64,000 nt of DNA from assembly GCA_963696385.1 (NCBI GenBank), contig CAVOKF010000004.1, forward strand, positions 608,001 to 672,000, written 5' to 3'. The stretch is from an uncultured delta proteobacterium (lineage in GTDB: Bacteria > Myxococcota_A > Polyangia > Polyangiales > Polyangiaceae). The position numbers and the translations under genes were made by a program. This document shows, one piece after another, positions 1-8,190 of the stretch (position 1 is its first letter; every line of letters begins with the position of its first letter). The notes under the pieces are model-generated. The model was not told the DNA's origin. It saw nothing but the letters and a program-made list of their open reading frames with translations, and made no database searches.

Positions 1-618
1 TTCCGATCGAGTCTTCAGACTCGCGCATCGGGTTCGGTCATGCATCGCGATCGCTTCACACGTTGCGCGCGCCGCTGCGTGCTCGACGCCGGCGCAGAGC
101 CGCGCATCGCGCGACGCGACGGCCAGACACGCTGCGTCATGCCCCTGGCCCGGACGACCCGCGACCGCCCAAGGACAGAGCTCTACGCGGCCAGCGACTT
201 CGGCAACGGTCGCCTGGCAATGCTCCCGCAGAGCTGAAGCGTCGATCGCTTCGCACAACATGGAGTCCCTGGCCTTCGCGGCTTCGAGCAACCGGCACGC
301 GTCAAGGAGAAATGCATCGTACCCGATCGCCTCGATGGCCTCGCCCACGAGCGGATCGAGCCGAGCGCGCGTTTCGACGCAGGCGTTGAGCGAAGTGAAC
401 GCGTCGAGTTCGGCCTTCAGGTCTCCTGCGGGAGCGACGGGGTCGACCGTCGAAGCGAATTCACCGGCATCGGCGCCGAGAATCTCGGCCATGCCGGCTG
501 GGCGCTCGGGCGAAATTCGCATCGGGGCCGGTACGTGATTGCCGTTGCAGCCCAGCGCAGCCTGAGCGAGGGCGGTGGCCGTACCGGCGCACAGCAACGA
601 GTATCGCCTGGTGCTCAC
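1..618 (-). CDS. Cys-rich lipoprotein, truncated at window edge (not in ORF track)
   Basis: Manual translation from GTG at 618: VSTRRYSLLCAGTATALAQAALGCNGNHVPAPMRISPERPAGMAEI..., with lipobox ALG-C and AGAAAGGA RBS just upstream; frame appears open to base 1 with several spaced Cys. Confidence 0.7.
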   Translation of the reverse strand, partial: MSTRRYSLLCAGTATALAQAALGCNGNHVPAPMRISPERPAGMAEILGADAGEFASTVDPVAPAGDLKAELDAFTSLNACVETRARLDPLVGEAIEAIGYDAFLLDACRLLEAAKARDSMLCEAIDASALREHCQATVAEVAGRVELCPWAVAGRPGQGHDAACLAVASRDARLCAGVEHAAARATCEAIAMHDRTRCASLKTRSE

Positions 619-661
619 CGGGTCCTTTCTTTCGTTCCTGAAGGGGCAGGCTCTTCCAGCG

Positions 662-690
662 TTGAAAGCTGAACGCAGGGACAGTATAGG
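662..690 (+). promoter_or_regulatory. sigma70-type recA promoter with LexA (SOS) box in the spacer
   Basis: TTGAAA(662-667)-17bp-TATAGG(685-690). The spacer GCTGAACGCAGGGACAG matches the reverse complement of the Myxococcus LexA consensus CTRHAMRYBYGTTCAGS at 15/17 positions. Confidence 0.7.
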
Positions 691-719
691 TTCGTAAGGG
701 AAGCAGAGTGGGAAAAACT

Positions 720-1847
720 ATGGATGACACCAAGAACAAGAGCAAAGCGATCGAGCTTGCCGTCGCGACGATCGAGAAAGAATACGGCAAAGGCTCGATC
801 ATGCGCCTCAAGGAAGGGGCAAGCCTGGCCGAGGGCATTCAGACCGTCTCGACCGGGAGTATCGGGCTCGATATCGCCCTCGGCATCGGTGGCTATCCAC
901 GCGGGCGGATCATCGAGGTGTACGGCCCCGAGTCGAGCGGAAAAACGACATTGACCCTTCATGCCATCGCCCAGGTCCAGAAGGCCGGCGGGGTAGCTGC
1001 GTTCATCGACGCCGAGCATGCCCTGGACCCCACGTATGCCCGCAAACTCGGCGTGAAGACCGACGAGTTGCTCGTCAGCCAGCCCGACTATGGTGAGCAG
1101 GCGCTCGAAATCGCCGACATGTTGGTTCGATCCGGGGCTGTGGACCTGGTCGTCATCGATTCGGTGGCTGCGCTCGTGCCAAAGGCCGAGATCGAAGGCG
1201 ACATGGGGGACAGCCATGTGGGTTTGCAAGCTCGCCTCATGAGCCAGGCCCTTCGGAAGCTCACGGCGACGGTGGCCAGGTCCAATTCTCTCCTATTTTT
1301 CATCAATCAAATCCGGATGAAAATCGGCGTCATGTTCGGGAGTCCAGAGACGACGACGGGAGGCAACGCGCTCAAGTTTTACGCGAGCGTCCGGCTCGAC
1401 ATTCGTCGCATCGGCGCGATCAAGGAGGCGGCTGCCGCGAGCGGAAAGGAGCCGGCGGTGGTCGGGAATCGAACCAGGGTCAAAGTCGTCAAAAATAAAC
1501 TTGCTCCCCCGTTTCGCGAGGTCGAGTTCGACATCCTTTACGGCCAAGGAATTTCCCGATCGGGAGACCTGCTCGATCTCGGAGCGGAGCTCGGAATCGT
1601 CGAGAAGAGCGGCGCATGGTTCTCGTTCGGCACCGACCGGATCGGTCAGGGGCGCGAGAATGCCAAGACGTACATCGAACAACATCCAGATGTGATGGAC
1701 AAGATCGAAGCGCTCATCCTCGCAAAGCACGGCATCCGGCGAGGTGCGGTCGCGAATTCCGGGGCGAACGCGACGTCGCCGCCAAATGGCGTTGAAGAAA
1801 GAGCCATGCCGAAGAAACCAGTACCGGCGGCCAAGCCCGCGAATTAG
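720..1847 (+). CDS. recA: Recombinase RecA
   Basis: GPESSGKTT Walker [37 protein letters not shown] motifs; ATG at 720 (ORF track begins 708). Confidence 0.99.
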   Translation: MDDTKNKSKAIELAVATIEKEYGKGSIMRLKEGASLAEGIQTVSTGSIGLDIALGIGGYPRGRIIEVYGPESSGKTTLTLHAIAQVQKAGGVAAFIDAEHALDPTYARKLGVKTDELLVSQPDYGEQALEIADMLVRSGAVDLVVIDSVAALVPKAEIEGDMGDSHVGLQARLMSQALRKLTATVARSNSLLFFINQIRMKIGVMFGSPETTTGGNALKFYASVRLDIRRIGAIKEAAAASGKEPAVVGNRTRVKVVKNKLAPPFREVEFDILYGQGISRSGDLLDLGAELGIVEKSGAWFSFGTDRIGQGRENAKTYIEQHPDVMDKIEALILAKHGIRRGAVANSGANATSPPNGVEERAMPKKPVPAAKPAN

Positions 1848-2350
1848 TGAAGCTTTACCTCATTCGCCACGGTCCGGCGGAGGACCGAGCCGCGAGTCTG
1901 AAAGACGAGGATCGCGCCCTTACGCCAGCTGGACGCGAGCTGGTCCGTTCGGTCGCCAAGCTGCTCGTGGAAGTGGGCGAGGCGCCTCTCGGCATCGTGA
2001 CGAGCCCCCTCGTTCGCGCCGTCCAAACGGCCGAGATCGTCGCTCTGATGACTCGCCTCACCGATCGGGGCGGCTATGTCGAGGTCAGGCGCGAGATGGA
2101 GCCTGGCGGCGACGTCGCCGCGCTTGCGTCGAAGTTTGCATCCGCAGGCAGCAAGCGCGTCATGCTCGTGGGGCACGAGCCTGAACTGTCGATCGCCAGC
2201 CGCACTGTCCTTGGCAAGTTCGATCGAGTCTTCGACAAGGCCATGGTGGTGGCCGTGCATCTGCCGTCCGAAGGTCGCGAGACACGTCTGCGCTTCGTCA
2301 TCGATCCGAAGAACCTTCGGCTCGATCCGGATGCTCGCCGCCACGGTTGA
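1847..2350 (+). CDS. sixA: Phosphohistidine phosphatase SixA (histidine phosphatase family)
   Basis: LYLIRHG, SPLVRAVQTA and LVGHEP motifs; GTG overlaps the recA TAG. Confidence 0.9.
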   Translation: MKLYLIRHGPAEDRAASLKDEDRALTPAGRELVRSVAKLLVEVGEAPLGIVTSPLVRAVQTAEIVALMTRLTDRGGYVEVRREMEPGGDVAALASKFASAGSKRVMLVGHEPELSIASRTVLGKFDRVFDKAMVVAVHLPSEGRETRLRFVIDPKNLRLDPDARRHG

Positions 2351-2461
2351 GCTGCCAGCGACCCGTGCCGCGGATGCCCGATCTCGCGCGCAAAGCAACT
2401 CCTAAGGGGGGTATTGCCCTCACATGCAAGTAATTGTAAATACTATTTAAATTCCCGTTCC

Positions 2462-2490
2462 TTGACACTCTTCCCCCCTTCTTCTAACCC
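2462..2490 (+). promoter_or_regulatory. Putative sigma70 promoter with AT-rich upstream element
   Basis: TTGACA(2462-2467)-17bp-TAACCC, preceded by AT-rich TAATTGTAAATACTATTTAAATT. Confidence 0.45.
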
Positions 2491-2508
2491 GGCGGGTGGA
2501 GGCCACGG

Positions 2509-3360
2509 ATGGGCAGTCGGAGCGTCGTGCCCGTTTTCCACGCGAGTCGCTCGGGGGCGGCTCGCATGGCTGGACGCGCCACCTCTTTGGCCCGCTCTCA
2601 GGTCGCCGCAGCCATCCGAATTCCGGAGCGCGCGGGCGGCCAGCTAAGGCTGGTCTTTCCGCCTGGGTCGCCTCGGCTCTTCGTGCATGAGGGCGCTCGC
2701 CAATCCCTAGAGCGCAAACTTCGTGCCGCCTTCGCGGGCTCGGTGATCCTGTCCATCACGGACAACCGACATTCCATCATCACTCACCGCGTCCAACGCG
2801 GAACGCTCTTCGTTCGAGCACACCACATGTTTCTCGACGCTCCGGCATCGGTCGTCGATGCGCTGGTCCGTTATGTGACCCGCGGCGATCGCGAGGCAAG
2901 CGCGGCTCTCGGCGACTTCATCGACGCCAACGGCTTCAGGCTTGCTCGACGCAAGCGGAACGCGCCGCTCATAGCGCGGGGCAAACATCATGACCTGTTG
3001 GTCGTCTACGGGGACGTAAACGAGCGATACTTTGGTGGAAGTGTCCACGCTTTGATTACCTGGGGCAAGAAGTCCACGACCAAGGCACCGAGACGCAGGA
3101 CCATCAAGCTCGGGAGCTACAGTGCCTTTGATCGATTGATCCGCGTCCACCCTGCACTCGATCGAACGTGGGTTCCACGGTATTTCGTGGCATACATCGT
3201 TTACCACGAGATGCTGCATCACGTGATTCCAGGTAGCCGCGGGCTCGGCCGCGTGAACCTGCACCCCCCCGAATTTAAAGAGCGCGAGAAGCAATTTCGA
3301 TACTACGAGCGCGCTCTCGAATGGGAGAGGCGTCACGTCGGTCGACTGCTCCGAGCGTGA
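2509..3360 (+). CDS. SprT-like / minigluzincin zinc metalloprotease
   Basis: YHEMLHH (HExxH) followed by H-PPEF; KLGSY motif; GGAGG RBS 6 nt upstream of ATG. Confidence 0.8.
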   Translation: MGSRSVVPVFHASRSGAARMAGRATSLARSQVAAAIRIPERAGGQLRLVFPPGSPRLFVHEGARQSLERKLRAAFAGSVILSITDNRHSIITHRVQRGTLFVRAHHMFLDAPASVVDALVRYVTRGDREASAALGDFIDANGFRLARRKRNAPLIARGKHHDLLVVYGDVNERYFGGSVHALITWGKKSTTKAPRRRTIKLGSYSAFDRLIRVHPALDRTWVPRYFVAYIVYHEMLHHVIPGSRGLGRVNLHPPEFKEREKQFRYYERALEWERRHVGRLLRA

Positions 3361-3365
3361 GCGTC

Positions 3366-3535
3366 TTAGTACGGCGCCCATTGAATGGTACCCAGCTTCG
3401 CTGGGCACGCCTGCTTCGCAGGCGGGCGCTGTACTAAGATGATTTCCTTGGGGCTTCGCCCCAAACCCCCAATCGCCTGCCGGCGATTGAAGTACACCGC
3501 ACGGCTGATCCCTTTGTTCTGGAGCGGTGTACTTA
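3366..3535. repeat. Structured ~170-bp intergenic element, copy 1 (MITE/REP-like or ncRNA)
   Basis: Arms TTAGTACGGCGCC...GGCGCTGTACTAA and AAGTACACCGC...GCGGTGTACTT with internal hairpins; inverted homolog at 23691-23862. Confidence 0.85.
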
Positions 3536-3567
3536 CGCCCGAATGCATTCGGGCGGACCCTCGCGGG

Positions 3568-6258
3568 ATGATCGAGTCGTCCCCGGGTGTTTCAGCCCAC
3601 GATAGCGTGGGTATCGCGTCTCGCCGCCCGCTCGAGTCAGCGCGAAGCGCGAGGCTCGCCGCTGTCCTGGCGGCCTCGTTGCTTGGTGGGTGTGCTTTCC
3701 AGAGGTCCCATCCAACGGCGCCGGCCGTCGTGGCAGCGGTCGCGCCGCCGATGAGCGCTTCGTCGGCCGCTCGTTGGGCGGTGTCGAAGACGGAGCCTGC
3801 GCGCTCGCATGCGGTCGCAGTGCTGGAGCACAAAACTCTCGGGCCCTTTGTCGCTCGTGGAAGTTCCACGGGGCTGGCTGCTTGGATCGCGCCTGCCGAA
3901 AAGGGAGGCGGCGAGGAGCTCGTCGTCATTCCGCTGGCGGAAGACGGGGCGCCGATGCACGACGCGCGAGGGATCGCGCGCGTGCCTCAGGAGGCGACGT
4001 CGCTCGTCATTCAGCCCGCAGGCGGGAAGCTCGGCGGATGGTTCGTGGCCTGGAGCGCTCTGCTGGATCGCGGCGAATCGCTTACTGTCGTTGGCTTGAC
4101 GCCCGAGGGCACCGTCCGAGGGGCGGCGGCCGACGTGCAGCGCACCAGCGATCACATCCGGTGGTTTCAAATCGTGCCGACCCAAGACGGCGGCTTATGC
4201 GTTTGGGCCGAGGAGACCACGGCGGGCGACGCCAACGTGCTGGCGGTGGGCATGGACGTCGATGCAAAAGTCCACGGGCAACCGGTGCGGGTGGCCCGCG
4301 GCGTGGACCGGTGGCAGACGGTCCCGGCCGGTCGAGGAGCCGCGCTGGCACTCGTGGCGGTTGGCCCCGTCGACGATCGAATGCGTGCCGGCGGGAATTT
4401 GACATGGCAGCGCCTCGATGCGGACGGTCATCCAGACGGAGCCAGTGTGCTTGTGACCGGGCGGCCCACCGTCAGCGGAGACGTCGATGTCGTTCCCATC
4501 CGTGACGGTTGGCTGATGGCCTGGACCGACCGGACCGGCGAAGATCCACAGGTTATGCTCGCCGCGGTCGACGCTCGAGGGCATGTGCGCGGACCGGCGC
4601 CTGCGATGAACGCGGTAGGCGGATCCACCGTCGTAGACCTTGCCGCGGGACCGAAAGGTGTCGCTCTAGCTTGGGCAGAGCCGCACAGCCGTGTGCGTCC
4701 GACGAGTGTGCTTCATCTTGCGCTGGTCTCTACCGAATTGGAGCTCTCGGCTTTGCCGCTTACGTCGTTCGACATCGCGTCCGGAAGCCCACCCGAGCTG
4801 GTGGCCACCGATGTCGGATTCGCCCTTTTGGCGCTCGCCCGCTGCCGCTCCGCCGACCCGAATGCGACGTGCGCCGGATCGGTGGTGCCCACATTTACTC
4901 GTCTCGATGATCGGCTCCGGGCCGTGCAAGTCGAGCCGATGTTCACGGGCGACGAGCACGCTCCGTCATCGATTGGTTGGGGACTGCGCTGCGGCGTCGG
5001 CGGGCGATGTTTTGCTCTGGCCGCGTCGAGCGTTGCGCCAACGCCGATCTATACGGTGGACTTCCCCGTCCGCGCATCCGCCTTCTCTGCGCCGCTTACG
5101 GAGGAGGGGCCGGTTGGCGCGCCGCGCGTCACCGGGGTGGAAACGATCGCGTCGGGACAGCCGTACGAGGATCTCGCGGCCGCCCATGTGGGCGCGGGGA
5201 CGCTGGTGGCAACGCTCGCGGGCGCGCTCGACTTGCCGCGCGAACGGCGCCGGTCTCGCGGCGCTCAGATCGTACTTCAATCGGTCGATCGCACGGGGCG
5301 GCCGCTCGGCCCGGAGAGGCCCCTGACGTCGCGTGCGCTGTTGACTGGGGGTATAGCCCTCGCCGCCGGCGCGCAACCAGGCGACGGCGCCGCGATCGTG
5401 TGGGTCGGCCGAGACGAGGGGGATCCGCATGTGCACGTCGCTCGGACCGATCCGCTCGGGCATTCGATGCAGCAAGCGCGGCTTACAGACGTCGCTGGCG
5501 AGGCAAGCAGCGTTGCGGTGGCATGGGCCGGCAATGGTTGGATTGTCGCATGGGTCGACGGTCGCAGCGGCAACGGCGAGGTCTACGCCGCCAAGGTCGA
5601 TCGCAACCTCAGGCGCGTGGGTCACGAGCAGCGTCTCACGAAGGCGCCCGGCGATGCGGGGGACGTCGCCCTATCCATACGAGACGGTATCGCGTGGGTC
5701 GCCTGGAGCGATCCGCGTGAGAGTCCGCGGGAAGGAGTAGCCGACATTTTTGTGACGACGCTTCATGCCGAAGACGCCACGCGCGCCGGCGATGAGGTTC
5801 GTGTTCTCGCAACGGCCTCTCACTCCCGATCGCCGAGTCTCGCAGCGGTGCCAGGCGGAGGGGCCATACTCGCGTGGATCGAAGATGCACCCTCCGGTCT
5901 CGACGCGCCCGGAGCTGCGATGGTCGCGCGGCTCGATGCGTCGGCTCACGTCGTCGGCGTGCCTGCTGCGTTGCCATTTTCCAAAGACGAGCGGCCGACC
6001 AATGTCGTGCTGGACTCGCAGTCCGGCGATGTCCGGGCCGTGATTGCCCACGGCGGGCGCGATGGGCTAACCCTCGCGGCACTGCGGTTGGGACAGGACG
6101 CGACGCCGGTGACGACTTCGACGCTGCTCGACTTGGACGCATCCTCGTCATTCGACGTGTCCTTGGCCCTCACGACGGACGGACTGGTGTTCGATGACGT
6201 TGGATCCGCCCCTGGCGATCGTCGGGTGCGCCGGGCCGCCATCGACTGGAAGCCTTAG
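3568..6258 (+). CDS. Large lipoprotein with repeated beta-strand-rich units (probable tandem beta-propellers)
   Basis: Lipobox LLGG-C; recurring (V/I/L)AWxD motifs; start uncertain (3568 or GTG 3607). Confidence 0.8.
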   Translation: MIESSPGVSAHDSVGIASRRPLESARSARLAAVLAASLLGGCAFQRSHPTAPAVVAAVAPPMSASSAARWAVSKTEPARSHAVAVLEHKTLGPFVARGSSTGLAAWIAPAEKGGGEELVVIPLAEDGAPMHDARGIARVPQEATSLVIQPAGGKLGGWFVAWSALLDRGESLTVVGLTPEGTVRGAAADVQRTSDHIRWFQIVPTQDGGLCVWAEETTAGDANVLAVGMDVDAKVHGQPVRVARGVDRWQTVPAGRGAALALVAVGPVDDRMRAGGNLTWQRLDADGHPDGASVLVTGRPTVSGDVDVVPIRDGWLMAWTDRTGEDPQVMLAAVDARGHVRGPAPAMNAVGGSTVVDLAAGPKGVALAWAEPHSRVRPTSVLHLALVSTELELSALPLTSFDIASGSPPELVATDVGFALLALARCRSADPNATCAGSVVPTFTRLDDRLRAVQVEPMFTGDEHAPSSIGWGLRCGVGGRCFALAASSVAPTPIYTVDFPVRASAFSAPLTEEGPVGAPRVTGVETIASGQPYEDLAAAHVGAGTLVATLAGALDLPRERRRSRGAQIVLQSVDRTGRPLGPERPLTSRALLTGGIALAAGAQPGDGAAIVWVGRDEGDPHVHVARTDPLGHSMQQARLTDVAGEASSVAVAWAGNGWIVAWVDGRSGNGEVYAAKVDRNLRRVGHEQRLTKAPGDAGDVALSIRDGIAWVAWSDPRESPREGVADIFVTTLHAEDATRAGDEVRVLATASHSRSPSLAAVPGGGAILAWIEDAPSGLDAPGAAMVARLDASAHVVGVPAALPFSKDERPTNVVLDSQSGDVRAVIAHGGRDGLTLAALRLGQDATPVTTSTLLDLDASSSFDVSLALTTDGLVFDDVGSAPGDRRVRRAAIDWKP

Positions 6259-6350
6259 TTCGCAGGCAGATTTCGACTCGCTGCCGCCGACCCAGGCAGC
6301 GAGATGGCATGCGGGCTCCGATCCTTCTATCCTTGCCTGCGAACGACCCC

Positions 6351-6710
6351 ATGGGAATCGACCCGATCGGAAAAGAGGGAGCATCCATCCCGACGAGCGT
6401 CGGCGGCCCCTCTTCTGCCCTCGAAGCGCAGCGTCCTTTCGAGCTTTCCGAGGCTCCTCGGGTTGAGCCCGCTGGGCCCGCAGAGGCCCCTGCCACCAGC
6501 CTCGATCAGCTCCGCGCCGGCCGCGTCACTCTCGAGGGGTATCTCGCCCTGAAAGTCGATGAGGCGACGGTCCAGCTGGGCTCGTTGCCGAGCACGGAGC
6601 GGGAGATGATTCGGTCGGTTCTCCTCGAGCGAATAGCGAGCGATCCGATGCTCGTCGACCTCGTGCGTGCAGCAACGGGCGCCGTCCCTCGGCCGCCGCA
6701 TGACGACTGA
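6351..6710 (+). CDS. Hypothetical protein (small, helical C-terminus)
   Basis: MGIDPIGKEG... with coding-like composition; stop overlaps the start of the next gene. Confidence 0.65.
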   Translation: MGIDPIGKEGASIPTSVGGPSSALEAQRPFELSEAPRVEPAGPAEAPATSLDQLRAGRVTLEGYLALKVDEATVQLGSLPSTEREMIRSVLLERIASDPMLVDLVRAATGAVPRPPHDD

Positions 6711-7710
6711 CGCCGACGAGCCCCGGCAGAACCTCTCAGGCCTTGGTGCGAATGGGAAGGGCGGATCTCGCGCCCGCTCGAAGGGCCACAGCGCTGCCGC
6801 GAGCTTGGGTCGTCGCGGGTTCGTGCTTGGCGCCACGGCGGCAGTGGCCTGTTCGCGCGGCGAGCGCGACGCTCGGGGAGGTTCCTTGGACGGATCCGTG
6901 TCGTCGAACGTCCGGCTTCTCGAATGGGATCTCGGCTCGCAACCGTGGGGTCAAGCACGGGCAGCGGTTGTCGTGCCGACGTGGGGCGCGCCCAACGAAC
7001 GGTTTCCGCTGCTTATCGCCCTGCACGGTCGCGGCGAAGCGGTCAAGCCGCCCGCCGACGGTGCTCTCGGATGGCCGCGCGACTACGCCATGATTCGTAT
7101 GATCGACCGCCTGCGGAACGCGCCGCTTCGAGACGACGACTACGAGGGATGGGCCGACCCGCTACGTCTTGCGCAAACGAACGCTTCCCTCGCTATGCGA
7201 CCGTTCGGCGGTCTCGTCGTCGCCTGCCCGTGGCTGCCCGACTTCAGCCCAACCTCGACCGGCGAGATTGGCGCGTACGCGCGCTTCTTACTGGACGTGC
7301 TCGTGCCCCGCGTTCGGAGCCAGACGCCCGTCGTCACGTCGCCTGAGTCGACCGGCATCGACGGCGTTTCGTTGGGTGGTGTCGTCGCGCTTCGCATCGG
7401 TCTCACCTATCCGGACGCGTTCGGAGCGGTCGGCGGCATTCAGCCAGCCATCGCCGAAGGACAGACGGCACAGTGGACCGCGCTGGCGGAGGCGGCGCGG
7501 ACTCGGCGCCATGACCTGAAGCTGCGATTGGTGACGAGCTCCGACGACTATTTCCGGCGAGCCGTTCTGGCCGTCTCGCGCGCATGGGGCGCGGCGGGCA
7601 TCGGCCACGATTTGGTCGACGTGCCAGGTCCGCACGACTACGTCTTCAATCGCGGTCATGGGTCGATCGAGCTCTTGTTGTGGCACGACCGCGCGCTATC
7701 GCGCGGGTGA
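6700..7710 (+). CDS. Exported alpha/beta-hydrolase (esterase), Tat-type signal
   Basis: LGRRGFVLG twin-Arg, LHGRG oxyanion segment, GVSLGG nucleophile elbow, GPHDY His. Confidence 0.85.
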   Translation: MTTDADEPRQNLSGLGANGKGGSRARSKGHSAAASLGRRGFVLGATAAVACSRGERDARGGSLDGSVSSNVRLLEWDLGSQPWGQARAAVVVPTWGAPNERFPLLIALHGRGEAVKPPADGALGWPRDYAMIRMIDRLRNAPLRDDDYEGWADPLRLAQTNASLAMRPFGGLVVACPWLPDFSPTSTGEIGAYARFLLDVLVPRVRSQTPVVTSPESTGIDGVSLGGVVALRIGLTYPDAFGAVGGIQPAIAEGQTAQWTALAEAARTRRHDLKLRLVTSSDDYFRRAVLAVSRAWGAAGIGHDLVDVPGPHDYVFNRGHGSIELLLWHDRALSRG

Positions 7711-7799
7711 GGCCGCTTCCTGCCCGGTAGGCTGGACCATGCCGCACCCGCGGATGGAGAATGCGTCGTCGCAATTTCTGGCCACGCTACAATTGTTAA

Positions 7800-8162
7800 A
7801 TGCGGCGGCTCCTTCTGTCTCTTCCTCTTCCGCTCGGCTTGCTGTTTATGCCTGGCTTGCTGAACGCCTGCGTTGCCGAAATTCCCGATCACGTCGATCT
7901 TCAACCGGCTGCCGCAGACGTCGAATTTGCCACGGAACCGCCGAGCGCAGACGCGTACTGGCTCGTCGGGTCCGTGACCGGTGTTGCAGCGGCGCACGAA
8001 GTCGATGCGGCGCAACAAGCCGCGCGCAACGACATGCGGAACAAGGCTGCCGCGCTCGGCGCCTCGCTCGTGACCATCGACCGAGATACCGGGGAGGCGC
8101 TTCCGTTACGAGACAAGACCAAGGTCACGTTGGTGGGCAGGGCCTATAAGTCCGTCGACTGA
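7800..8162 (+). CDS. Small lipoprotein (DUF4156/BsmA-like)
   Basis: Hydrophobic N-terminus with LNA-C lipobox; ARNDMRNKAAALGA...GRAYK pattern. Confidence 0.7.
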   Translation: MRRLLLSLPLPLGLLFMPGLLNACVAEIPDHVDLQPAAADVEFATEPPSADAYWLVGSVTGVAAAHEVDAAQQAARNDMRNKAAALGASLVTIDRDTGEALPLRDKTKVTLVGRAYKSVD

Positions 8163-8190
8163 AGACTGTGGCCGACTACCATTCGCGCGC

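Noticed and set aside
3385..3567. N-terminal extension of the 957-aa ORF
   Set aside because: It runs through the structured repeat element; the signal peptide and lipobox point to a start at or after 3568
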